Assembly (NCBI GenBank): GCA_964016885.1
Contig: OZ024761.1
Coordinates: 4,774,001-4,838,000, forward strand
Length of the DNA: 64,000 nucleotides
Reading direction: 5' to 3'
From: Eledone cirrhosa
Taxonomy: Eukaryota
Shown here: positions 1 to 12,688 of the stretch, one piece after another
How positions within the stretch are numbered: position 1 is the first letter of the stretch
Layout: the number at the start of each line of letters is the position of its first letter
Made by a program: the position numbers and the translations under genes
Notes under the pieces: model-generated
The model's input: the letters and a program-made list of their open reading frames with translations, nothing else
Databases searched by the model: none
Told to the model about the DNA's origin: nothing

Positions 1-47
1 CTATGTCCATACCTGCATTGTTTTGGCCTTATTACACATATTCAAAC

Positions 48-110
<63 letters not shown>

Positions 111-589
111 AATAAAGGAAGTCTGTGGGACTGCGTACGGTTTATTTTTTTTTATCCCGTTAGTAAAATAAGTTGGATTACATTTGAATAAATAATTGTT
201 TCTACTTTAGGCACAAGGCCATCAATTACCCAGTGCATTACTTGAATAAATAATGAATGAATATTACATAATTTATCTACTAAATTTCGTAAACAAAAAT
301 AATTTCATAAAAATCAATAATTTAAAATTGGCTTCTTTTCAAAGTTGGACTTCCGGTATATCGTTGCCACCACCACCACTTCAACTACCATATATATAAA
401 AAGAGAGTGTGTGATGTCAACACTTCCGGTGGCGATTTTATTTGATGTATCATATCTACATGTATATATACTTGCGTATAATATCAATATACACACTACA
501 CATGCTAGGAGAGAACCATATATATATATGTTATATATATATATTATATATACATGTTATATATATATGTTATATATATGTTATATATA

Positions 590-633
<44 letters not shown>

Positions 634-793
634 TATATATAGTATATATATAATATATATATAGTATATATATATATAATATATATATAGTGTATATATA
701 TATATATAATATATATATATAGTATATATATATATATAATATATATATATAACAAACATATATATATAACATATATATATATATATATGTATA

Positions 794-872
<79 letters not shown>

Positions 873-877
<5 letters not shown>

Positions 878-1597
878 AACGAGTAGGACCCCGACGGCTG
901 AGCTCAAGCCGTTTCGACGGCTAATTCTGGACTAAATGAACATTTTTATCCTGGTATTTGAATAGCCGAGCTTCTCAAGGGGTAATTCCATATATGGTAA
1001 AAGTGGTTGTCACAAGGATTGGTCAAAAGTTTGTTGTTGAGACATAATAATTCTATGATGGCAATTTGTGGAGGGAAGGGGTAGCTGAACCTGCCAGTAG
1101 GAGAAAGAGGGAGAGGGGGTGGAGGAGACCCATTCATGCGTTGATAGTGCCGACTACAGCTGGGCATGAGGTCAAAGAAGATACTAGGGAGGGGGAGGGG
1201 AGGAAGTCGAAACAATAAGTAGAACAATATGGGGTAAATATATTAAAAAAATACCGAGAGTGTTAAAAAGCAATTAAATGTAAAAAAAAAATAAACAATT
1301 TCTGGTTACTATGACCTAAATCTCTCACTGGTACTGCTAGGCTAAAGAAAGGTATACTAGGTGGGACGGAATTATAATGAGACCCTTTTAAGAGGTATAA
1401 GTAATAAACCGAGTATATCTTACGGTGACGGGTCAACAAGTGAGGGGCCAAAATACTAAAGAAACTACCACGAAATAATAAATAAAGGTTTCTACCCCAG
1501 GCACAAGGCCAGCAACCACCCAGTGCAAAAAAAGTAAACTAATACGAAATAATAATTCAGAGTCCCGAAAAAGAATACTAATACTATCTCTAAGGGT
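873..1597. mobile_element. Non-coding dispersed repeat, probably a Penelope pLTR-type element
   Basis: Homologous copies at about 6933-7753, 43766-43965, 46468-46617 and 57480-57890, mostly abutting (TA)n; two copies form local inverted repeats. Confidence 0.55.
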
Positions 1598-1599
1598 GC

Positions 1600-2256
1600 C
1601 GCCACGATACAAAAGTTCTAGTGCAAGCTACATAAAAGCTCGTACGAAGTATATGTAAAATTTGATACGGAAAATTAATTCAGAATATCCCCCCCCCCCC
1701 CCTCCAAATGGATAAAGAGAGCTCCCGACTCACCCTTCGACGTCAGCATGGGCGCGACGGATTCGGCTGAGGTCACAGATCTTATAGGATTATTCCTAAT
1801 AGCCAAACTCACCGATATCTTTCCTGCATCGGCAGTGGATTGTACCGTGATGATGGGCTCCTTACCCTTAAAGGGTACAACCCCAGTAGTACAGATCGGG
1901 TCCGTAAACAATTAATCAGCTTCTTCCGTGACTGAGTAAACTTCCTGGACGTTACCCTTGACCTCGATAATAATCTGTACTACCCATACAGGAAACCTAA
2001 CGACAACCTGCACTACATCCACCGCCGGTCAAACCATCCTAGGAACATCACCAATAACCTGGTTAAAAACATCTCCCTCCGCATATCCCGTTTGTCAGCT
2101 AATGAGCAGATATTCGAGGAACATGCGCCTTATTACAACCAGGCCCTCAAGCGGAGTGGTTTCCGGGAGGAAATATCCTACTGTCCAGCTTCCATTAGCG
2201 GAGCCAGCAGACGACACCGCCGCTCACGCAATGTAACATGGTTCAATCCTCCCCAC
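1600..2256 (+). mobile_element. Penelope-like element RT/thumb fragment
   Basis: FDVSMGATDSAEVTDLIGLFL; VNFLDVTLDL..YRKPND..YIHRRSNHP; YYNQALKRSG; RNVTWFNPP. Frameshifted. Confidence 0.85.
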
Positions 2257-2679
2257 AAACGTCGAGGTGACAACTCCTATCGGGAAAATCTTATGTGCTT
2301 CTATGTGTGTATGTGTGTATCTGTATGTGCTTCTGTGTGTTTTTGTGTCTGCGTGTGTGTGTGTGTGTGTGCGTGTATGTGTGTCTGTATGTGTGTGTAT
2401 GTGTGTATGCGTGCGTGTGTGTCTGTGTCTTTCTGTGAGTCTGTGTGGGTGTGCGTCTGTGTGCATGTGTGTGTGTGTGTGAGTCTGTGTGTGTGTGTGT
2501 ATGTTGTGTCTGTGTATGAGTGTGCTTATATGTGTGCGTGCGCGCGTGTGCCTGTGTCTGTATGTGTATGTGTGTGTGTGTGTAAGTGTGCGTGTATGTG
2601 TGTATGCGTGCGTGTGTTTCTGTGTGTGTCTGTGTGTGTATGTGTGTGTGTGTATGTGTGTGTGCTTCTGTGTATGTGT

Positions 2680-2750
<71 letters not shown>

Positions 2751-3006
2751 TGTGTGTGTGTGTTAGATAAAAACCATGAGATAGCCATGAATTATAACGG
2801 TGACCCCTAAGGGCAGGATAAGTTGCCTTATCATCACGTGATGACAGTCAAGGTTGGAGAAAGTATTTAGTCAAATAAACATACTTTGAACATCAAAGAC
2901 TATTTTATTCAAATTAATTGAATTTGTTAAAAAAAAAACATTTCTTTTGTTGACATTTTATGAAATTACATAAAAGCAAAGTTCACATTTTTTCCGAAAG
3001 AAATAT

Positions 3007-4017
3007 TTTGACAATATAGAGAGCTTTGCAATTCCAAACATAAGTTACATGGCTGTGAAATTTGATGACAATATAGAGAAATTGCAATTCCAAACATAAG
3101 TTACATAGCTGTGAAATTTGATGACAATATAGAGAGATTGCAATTCCAAACATAAGTTACATGGCTGTGAAATATGATGAGAATATAGAGAGATTGCAAT
3201 TCCAAACATAAGTTACATGGCTGTGAAATTTGATGACAATATAGAGAGCTTTGCAATTCCAAACATAAGTTACATGGCTGTGAAATTTGATGACAATATA
3301 GAGAGATTGCAATTACAAACATAAGTTACATAGCTGTGAAATTTGATGAGAATATAGAGAGCTTGCAATTCCAAACATAAGTTACATAGCTGTGAAATTT
3401 GATGAGAATATAGAGAGCTTGCAATTCCAAACATAAGTTACATGGCTGTGAAATTTGATGACAATATAGAGAGATTGCAATTACAAACATAAGTTACATA
3501 GCTGTGAAATTTGATGAGAATATAGAGAGCTTGCAATTCCAAACATAAGTTACATAGCTGTGAAATTTGATGAGAATATAGAGAGCTTGCAATTCCAAAC
3601 ATAAGTTACATAGCTGTGAAATTTGATGAGAATATAGAGAGCTTGCAATTCCAAACATAAGTTACATAGCTGTGAAATTTGATGAGAATATAGAGAGCTT
3701 GCAATTACAAACATAAGTTACATAGCTGTGAAATTTGATGAGAATATAGAGAGATTGCAATTCCAAACATAAGTTACATAGCTGTGAAATTTGATGAGAA
3801 TATAGAGAGCTTTCAATTCCAAACATAAGTTACATGGCTGTGAAATTTGATGACAATATAGAAAGCTTGCAATTACAAACATAAGTTACATAGCTGTGAA
3901 ATTTGATGAGAATATAGAGAGCTTGCAATTCCAAACATAAGTTACATAGCTGTGAAATTTGATGAGAATATAGAGAGCTTGCAATTCCAAACATAAGTTA
4001 CATGGCTGTGAAATATG
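3007..4017. repeat. 56-57 bp tandem minisatellite, about 18 copies
   Basis: Unit AATATAGAGAGCTTGCAATTCCAAACATAAGTTACATAGCTGTGAAATTTGATGAG. Confidence 0.95.
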
Positions 4018-4899
4018 AGTTCAAATCCTACCATCTTTTATCTTATCGAAGTTAGTAAAAGTACCAGTCATGTACTGGTTCGATTCTTCATATATATCTC
4101 TTTATCACTTCCTCTCTCTCTCGTTCTCTTTCCTGCTCTGATAGAAATCGGCCGTGTTCAGAGGTGATGCGCTCCGCCAGGTTTAAAGTGACCAAAGCAC
4201 GCCCTATGTCATGACAACGCCCCTACGACTCCAGCACGAGTTACGGGTCCATACATACATTTACTGGGGGTGGGGTGAAAGTGTATCGTAATCTTTTAAG
4301 TAATTAGAGTATCAAAAGGACTTAATCTGACCCTGGTGACCCTGGTTTTGATTCTGCTGTCTGGCGCTTTAGACAATTGTCCTTTTCCACAGCCTGGCCG
4401 ATGAGTGTGAGGTGTGTAGGTAAGCTACGAGTATCACTGGTACTGATATTGAAGACTCATAGTGATGCTGAAGAAGGCCAGGAGCTCTCTGAGACAAAAC
4501 ACTTACAGGCTGAACTCTTTAATAGTGGTGAAGATAGAGATATCCCTACCAGTATTACTGGTACTGATAACCCATAGCAGACCTGGAAGATAGAGACATG
4601 CCTTCGAGTATTACTGGTACTGATAATGATGGCCCATAGTAGACCTGAAAGGCCCAGGAATTCTCGGAGACAAGGAAAAAGTTAGAAAACCTGATGGGAT
4701 CCCATCTGAGGTGTTCAAGAATTATCTCTAGGTAAGTATAGAAGAAATATTAAATTGGCCCTGCCTGGATGGTATCGTGCAAAACATCTGCAACACAACA
4801 CTGAGGAAGGGCGAAAAACTACCACAGGAGACTCTTTCGATAATGCCCCACCCCCACCCCAATCCGGATTTCTATCAAGACCGTCAGCTACCATCACAT

Positions 4900-5925
4900 C
4901 AGCATGTCTCAGCAATGCTCTATAATTAATCCATACTTAATCGGGTAAGGTTGGTATTGATCCCCAAATCTCAAATACAACCAGAACAGATACCAATTGT
5001 CTCGCATATGGTGGCTCTTCAGGTAATAGTAGATGAGGTAAAGAAGACCAATAGGTCCGCTGTGTTTGATGTTTATCGACTTTGACAACGCATTTGATTC
5101 AATTCAACAAGATAAAATTATCTTGATGCCATAGGAAATCTCTCCTCATGTCATTCTAACTATCGAGATACAACGAAGTGCAACAAGCAAAAGAGAATGT
5201 CAACGACATCCTCTCTTCGGCCATGTACCAGAAAAAAGACACCTTAAATCCAGGAAAAGTGTCCTAAAGAGCGTCACATCCCTTGGAACATCAAGCATAA
5301 TTAGTGAAAGAGTCACTCGCTGGGAAGAAAAACTTAACAACCCCTCCCCATCTGTAACAACAATGGAACTAAAGGCGAGCGAAGCACTGTCCCTGGAGCT
5401 AAAGGCAAATGAGGTACTGACCCCTGGAGCTAAATGCAAGTGAGGCACTGCCCCCTGGAGGTAAAGGTGAGCGAGACACTGCCCTGGAGCTAAAGGCAAA
5501 TGAGGCACTGACCCCTGGAGCTAAAGGCAAGTGAGGCACTGCTCCCTGGAGTTAAAGGTGAGCGAGGCACTGCCCCCTGGAGCTAAAGGCAAGTGAGGCA
5601 CTGGCCCCCTGGAGCTAAAGGCAAGCGAGGCATTTCCCCTGGAGCTAAAAGCAAGTAAGGCACTGCCCTCCTGGAGCAGATACAAACTATGCAGTGTGGA
5701 AATGTCTAAACAGACTAAGATCTGGTGTTGAATTGCTAAAGTCACTCTTGCAAAATGGTGATATTTAAAGGATGGGGACGTTGTGTGTGACTGTGGCATT
5801 GAACCACAGACTACGCAGCACCTCCTGATATGACCCCTGCTGGAACACCCCAGCTCAGTATTGGACTTGGCAGAGTTTAATGAGAAAGGACAGCAATGTG
5901 TTCAGCTGTGGTGGAACCACATCTG
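4900..5925 (+). mobile_element. Degenerate RTE/RTEX LINE fragments interrupted by a minisatellite
   Basis: FIDFDNAFDS-like RT remnant near 5075; HPLFGH..RHLKSRKS; WKCLNRLRSG..CDCG..QTTQHLL (RTEX-type C-terminus). Confidence 0.6.
5366..5678. repeat. Minisatellite of about 30 bp
   Basis: GGAGCTAAAGGCAAGTGAGGCACTGCCCCT repeated about 10 times. Confidence 0.9.
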
Positions 5926-6382
5926 GCCAAGCTTTGTAACTGACACTCTAGGGGGCAAAAGGACAGCAATGTGTTCTGGCAGAACCACATCTAGCCAAGC
6001 TTTGTAACTGACACTCTGGGGGACAAAAGGACAGCAATGTGTTCAGGCAGAACCACATCTAGCCAAGCTTTGTAACTGACACTCTGGGGGACAAAAGGAC
6101 AGCAATGTGTTCAGCTGTGGTGGAACCACATCTAGCCAAGCTTTGTAACTGACACTCTGGGGGACAAAAGGACAGCAATGTGTTCAGCTGTGGTGGAACC
6201 ACATCTAGCCAAGCGTTGTAACTGATACTCTAGGGGACAAAAGAGGACAGCAATGTGTTCTGGCAGAACCACATCTAGCCAAGCTTTGTAACTGACACTC
6301 TAGGGGACAAAAGGACAGCAATATGCTCAGCTGTGACAGAACCACATCTAGCCAAGCTTTGTAACTGACACTCTGGGGGACA
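5885..6382. repeat. Minisatellite of about 60-70 bp seeded from the RTEX 3' end
   Basis: AAAGGACAGCAATGTGTTC..AACCACATCTAGCCAAGCTTTGTAACTGACACTCTGGGGGAC about 7 times; the first unit overlaps the LINE C-terminal coding remnant. Confidence 0.9.
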
Positions 6383-6601
6383 TGACAAGAAGAAGAATTG
6401 AATAGTGAAACCGAAGTATTTGAGTTGAAAGATGGTTGAGGGAGTAGTCTTATACGGTGACATGTTGGTGCGCCTTCATTTTTCTCATAGCTCTTGACTA
6501 CATTGCCCACTAAGTAGTTGGAGGACCAAAAGGACCTGTGTGTTCCAAATGTCTAGAAAGGTAGGTCCGGGGTTGTACACCCAACCATGTTATTCTCTCT
6601 T

Positions 6602-6661
<60 letters not shown>

Positions 6662-6700
6662 ATATTAATAAATGGAAACTATATTTATAAAACCATAATT

Positions 6701-6763
6701 ATTTTATTATATATATTTCAAGGGCAACCAAGGCAGTTTTGGTGCGCTTTCATCAGATAAAAT
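6701..6763 (-). ncRNA. Minimal type I hammerhead ribozyme
   Basis: AUUUUAU-CUGAUGA-aag(cgcaccaa..uugguugcc)cuu-GAAA-UAUAUAUA-AUAAAAU; stem I closes and stem III is palindromic. Confidence 0.75.
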
Positions 6764-8903
6764 GCAAAATTTGTTTTATAAATGTTGACATACCCTTAGA
6801 AAAACAACCTTGACGGTTGAAGGTTCGCTGGATAGTGGAAAAAATTGTTATAGAGGATAATTCAAAGTTCTGTGTGAGTATGCAAATGAATGTCCGAAAA
6901 AATTGAAAAATATTGAAATATATATATATAACGAAGGAAATGTGGTAAGGAACCAGGTGGACCAAAACGCACTAAAGTACTCAATACTTAGGGTAGTAGA
7001 GTGGGTAATAGGAACGAGTAGGACCCCGACCGCTGAGCTCAAGCCGTTTCGACGGGTAATTCTGGACTAAATGAACATTTTTATCCTGGTATATGAATAG
7101 CCGAGCTTCTCAGGGGGTAATTCCATATATGGTAAAAGTGATTGTCACAAGGATTGGTCAAAAGTTTGTTGTTGAATCACATAATTCTATCATGGCAATT
7201 TGTAGCTGAACCTGCCAGTAGAAGAAAGAGGGAGTGGGAGTGGAGGAAACCCAGTCGTGCGTTGATATTGCCAACTACAGCAGGATCCTAAGGGCAGGAG
7301 GTCAAGCAAGTATACTAGGGAGGGGGGGGGGGGGGATGAGGAAGTCGAAACAATAAGTAAATCAATATGGAGTAAATATATAGAAGAATACCAAGATTGT
7401 TAAAAATATAAAAAAACAATTTCTGGTTACTATTCCCTAACCACAATCATCAAGTCTCTCACTGATACTGCTAAACTATAGAAATGTTTACTAGGTGGGA
7501 CGGAATTGTAGTGAGACAATTTTGAGTTAGTAGTAATCAACCGAGTATATCTTACAGTGACAGGTCAACAAGTAGGGGGCCAAAATACTAAAGAAACTAC
7601 CACGAAATAATAATTCAGAGTCCCGAAACTAATACGAAATAATTGCTTCTACCCTAGGCACAAGGCCAGCAATTACCCAGTGCAAAACATAAACTAATAC
7701 GAAATAATAATTCAGAATCCCGAAAATGAATACTAATACTATCTCTAAGGGTGTTCTGTAGTAATAGGGCTCCAATCGCTCTGGGTGTATCTGTAAACCT
7801 CACGGGGTCTGTTGATAGTGGTGAATCTTTACATAGTTAGTTATAGGTGTAATGCTCCGATGTATCCGCCAAAAATAGCTTCATACAGGCTCTATATATA
7901 GCTGTCACTTCCTGTCCCCCAACCTGAGGGGACAGCCCACGCATGAACTTGTTAACACAATAAATGTGGTGACCTAGAATTTGATCTTTAGGTGTCACTC
8001 AAGATTCAAGGCGCGGATAGATTTCGCTACATATATATATATAGACTCAAGAAAATTAACAAAGAGAGGACAAGAAAACGAAAGGAACCAAAACAAAACG
8101 AAAAACAATTTTTTAAGGGGAAACCTTAAAGAATTATTTTTTAAAAATAAATATACAAACGAAGGACACGGAACTCCATGGTCATCGGCTGTTGAGATAG
8201 ACTTGGGCAGTTTCCACCCCTACCAACGGTACTGCTGGTCCATCCGGGGTCACAGCGTCTGACATAAGCCAAACACTGTCCAATGGAGTCAGAGACAAGA
8301 GACAAAATAGTAATATATAACCGTTAAGCTAGAAAACATAGAATGTTGTGTGACGTTAGGGGGAAAAGTATGGTGTCTCACATAGCACGTGAAACATGAG
8401 TGAAAGAACGTTAAAAGAAAGGGGTAAAAAAGCAAGAAAAGTGGGACATTTAAAGAAAACAGAAAACTCGATAGGAACAAGCACGTGGACAATTTCCGCT
8501 CGTCAACTGTCTTATGGGCACCATTATAGTGTCGGATTCAAAGACGGGACTGTTTCCCCAATGTATAAATAGAATGGAAAAGAAGATAGCAATTTGGGGT
8601 GAAAAGATAAGAGACGTTAGAGAAGAAAGGAAGACGAAGTATCTACAATCCGATAATTGAAGGTCGAGCAATGAGCTGGAACCAATATTAAGAGATAAGA
8701 GACGGAGCAGAGAAAACAGACGAAGTCAGTTGGTAGATTACAGAAGAATTAGAGAGAGGATTGATGGGAGTTGGTAGGTAGGGCAGTATTGAGATAGAGA
8801 TAGATGTAGAGAGTGAGAGAGTGAGAGAGTGGGAGAGAAGGGAGGGAGGGAGGGATGTATATATATATGTATAGAGAGAGAGTGAGAGTGGTGAGTGAGA
8901 GAG

Positions 8904-8940
<37 letters not shown>

Positions 8941-8969
8941 AGTGTATGTATATATCCCTCTCTCTCACT

Positions 8970-9560
8970 CACTTGCATGACGAAAAACGTAGTCTACAGG
9001 TGCAAGGTCACAACCCCTAACTCGGAGCACCACTACATAGGAACCACGGCGACGAGCTTCAAAGATCGGTGGTATAACCATCGCCATTCCTTTAACAGAA
9101 TAGAAAAGAGGAAATGTACGGCCCTTTCTGAATTGATCTGGAAGCTCAAACTTGAAAAGACCCCCGCACTCTCTGGTCTCGTCCGTGGTTAGAAAGGTTC
9201 CCCCAGACAGAGGTGGGTCTGGTATTTGCAACCTCTGTCTTAGTGAGACACTCGAGATACTTCATGGCGGAACCAAGCTATTAAACAGAAGGGCCGACTT
9301 ATTCGGCGCCTGCAGACACCTAAGGACGGGTACTTTCCTCAAGCTATATGGATAAACTCCGGTTATGGCCTCCCACAACCCCCCCCCCCCTGTAGGTCCC
9401 CTACATCCCGTACCAATGACCAATGAATAACAACAACCACCCATAGTTTATGGTCCCTACGGTGGATTGTCCACCGGATCCTCTACTGGTTAGGAGTCAA
9501 CAAAACCACGTTTATTGAACCTGAGAAACCCCCACCCCGGGAGTGGCCCACACAGGAAGA
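8970..9560 (+). mobile_element. Penelope-like element GIY-YIG endonuclease fragment and 3' region
   Basis: CMTKNVVYRC..HYIGTT..FKDRWYNH..TALSELIWKLK..CNLCLSE..CRH. Confidence 0.85.
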
Positions 9561-10029
9561 ACAATTATCCCAAAGTACTAACCCTATACGCATGAATGAG
9601 TGCCCGCAACCGTGCACTGTGTGTGTATACTGGGATTACGTGAATGTACACACTCATGTGAACGCAACGAAATACTAATACCCCAGGTTGCATTTGAAAA
9701 ATGTTCGAGTGTATGTTTAAGAGTATATTTGTATATGCTCTCTTGTATGAGTGCACATGTGTATATAGACATACACACGCATCCAGAGATATAAAAGTGT
9801 GGGTGGGTATATATGTCTGTACTAAGGGATTCGCCTAAGCTCCAAAGCCCCCAAGTATTATCACACTCTACCTTTATCTAGTCTAAACAATAACTTTTCC
9901 AAACACCCACTTTACTTTTCTTTAAAAAATAACACCCACCTAGTTTTATGTCTGCCTTATACTTCGATTTGGGGGCCTCTGTTGTATATATATATGCACA
10001 TGTGCGTACATATATATATACACACCTGT

Positions 10030-10456
10030 ATGGATTTGTGTGTGTAGATGTGTGTGTGTGTCTGAGGGGGTAGGTGTGAGTGTATGTACAAGTCAACCAA
10101 CATAAGTCTTTTTATTTCTAAACTTTGTAAGTATTTTAATCTAACCATAATTTTCAGTATTACAACCCCACATAAATTCCTCAATCTGTATGTGTGGATG
10201 TGTGTGTCTGAGGGGGTGGGTGTGAGTGTATGTGCAAGTCAACCAACATAAGTCTTTTTATTTCTAAACTTTGTAAGTATTTTAATCTAACCATAATTTT
10301 CAGTATTACAACCCCACATAAATTCCTCAATTTGTATGTGTGGATGTGTGTGTCTGAGGGGGTGGGTGTGAGTGTATGTGCAAGTCAACCAACATAAGTC
10401 TTTTTATATGTAAATTTTCTAGTATTCTACTCTAACCATAATTTTCAGTAATACCA
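10030..10456. repeat. Three tandem copies of about 145 bp
   Basis: GTCTGAGGGG..CAAGTCAACCAACATAAGTC..CCCCACATAAATTCCTCAAT three times. Confidence 0.9.
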
Positions 10457-10785
10457 CCCCACATAAATTCCTCAATTTAAGAATGACCTGTAGTATCGAA
10501 TTTCATACTATAAACCTCAATTGAATATATATCTGACCAGGAATGCTTTTTGTGAAAATCAGTCATATGGAACTATTGTTATCTTGCCTGACGGTTTGAA
10601 CTTTACAACACCACCTGCCTCTTTGAGGTAAAATACCAACCCTACTAGCATCTACAAACTGACCAATGAGAATTAAGATTTTTCCTGCTGACAACATTAA
10701 ATTATTCCTAACAAGCTCATATGTCCCAAGGCTCTGATACCATCAACACCATAAACACAGAGCTGGCATATCTAAGAACTGACTA

Positions 10786-10841
10786 ACTGCCTGATGAGGT
10801 CATAGTCATTCAATGGCTATCATCGAAATATATATAGCAGT
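10786..10841 (+). ncRNA. Minimal type I hammerhead ribozyme
   Basis: ACUGC-CUGAUGA-(..auagucauu/aauggcuau..)-GAAA-UAUAUAUA-GCAGU. Confidence 0.8.
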
Positions 10842-11118
10842 AAATAAAGGATTATGAGTTCATGCAATTGACTTATGTTTCGTCACTATATATATATATA
10901 TAGTAATAATAATAAATTTGAAGACTAAAATCCAAAGAGGGCTCGATAAGGATAAATATATATTAAATATATAAGAACCGTAGAGCAAATATTTATTAAA
11001 ATAACAGATTAAGTTTAAGCAAAGAATCGCTGCTTTCACCCTTAACGGGATCTTCTGAAACTAAGTTAGTTTCAGAAGATCCTGTTAAGGGAGACAGAGA
11101 GAGAAGAGGAGGAGAGAT

Positions 11119-11175
<57 letters not shown>

Positions 11176-11900
11176 AGAGAGGGGGGAGTAAGAGAGAGAG
11201 TGAGAGGGAGAGGGGGAGAAAGAGCGAGAGAGAAAGGGGAGTAAGGGAGAGATAGGGGGGAGTAAGAGAGAGATAGATAGATAGAGATAGATAGAGAGAA
11301 AGGTCAGTAGCAGATGTTTTTTGGCAGTAATATGATAACGTCACGGAAATACGTCATTTTCATTGGTTGTTTTTCTACAACGCTTTAAGTGGGAATTTTC
11401 CCAAATCTTTAGAAATGTTGTGACCTTGAAAGACCAACAAATGAAACTCCCCCAAAACCTCAAACAGGACATCACAAATATGTCAGCTTGTTGTCTTTTG
11501 ATTGCTGTTGTTCTAAATCTTCTCTTAATCCTTCTACAGCTTCTGGTCTGGTTTTGTATGGTAGAGTCTAGCGCATACACTGTAACACATACACACACCG
11601 ACACACACTGACACACACTGACACACATACATACACTCTAACACATACACACTCACAGACATACACACACATACATACATATACACATATATGCGAGTGT
11701 GTAAAACAAAGATGAGAGCCCTTCTCGGGTTACCGAAACCGCAAGAAATCGCAGTTTAATTTCCCTCCAATCACACCCAACTGGTTTCAAAATGAATCAT
11801 TAAACAGCTTAGACAAAAATATAATGGGAGGGTCGTAGTTGGAACTTTAATCATTGGTCAACTTCTTCAAGGCACAACATGCATACATACATACATATAC

Positions 11901-12495
11901 ATGGTGGCTGCCAACTCGTTTTCGAGTACGGCCACTACTTTATATCCATGTAGGAGAACCCCTACCGATGCGCTGAACGAGTGTGACTTTTTAGTCCAGC
12001 CAGCGACTTGATAACTCTGGTACAAACACTACACTTGTGACAATTATTGACACATAGTGCTGGGCCCATGGTACCATGTGACGACAAATGCAGAGAGATC
12101 TCCAGATATAAAGCAATGCCTGTGCCGTGAAGCTTTTATAGTGAGCAAAGGCACTTCACAAAGCCAGTCCCACTCTCTTAACCAAGATGATATTTACCAA
12201 AAAGAAGAACAAGTCGAAATCATTGGATACCATCAGGGTTGCAGGTGTTATATCAGAGTTTTCCTTCTCCTAGAATTCTGCTTTGACAAAGGCTAAGGGG
12301 TCATCTCTCCCGGTGATTTTGGATGGCCATTGACTCTTAAGAGCTCCTTTGCCCTTTGAGAGGTTTTGTTTTTAGTCCTGCAGGATGTCCAGTCACCCTC
12401 CTCACCAAGAAACCTTGGTGGGGTTGCCAGTTTAGTCGCCAACGACCCGACCATGAGACAGGTTGTACTGGGATACATGTTACCAGTAGCACCAA
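11901..12495 (-). mobile_element. Non-autonomous bipartite RTE-derived element with (ATGT)n tail
   Basis: Minus strand has the RTE 5'UTR-like motif TTCTAGGAGAAGGAAAACTCTGA and a C-terminal C2H2-like remnant (CSVC...LKSHTRSAHR*), with no RT. Second copy at 27161-27624. Confidence 0.6.
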
Positions 12496-12688
12496 CATAC
12501 ATACATACACACATACATACATACATACATACATACACACATACATACATACATACATACATACAAACATACATAATTACATACATACACACATACACAC
12601 ATACATACATACATACATACATACATACATACATACATACATACATACATACAAACGTACATACATACATACATACATACATACATAC

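Noticed and set aside
12366-12688. N-terminal part of the 265 aa ORF as the LINE protein start
   Set aside because: It reads through the antisense RTE-derived element and the TACA tract; the LINE-derived coding sequence starts near 12689.
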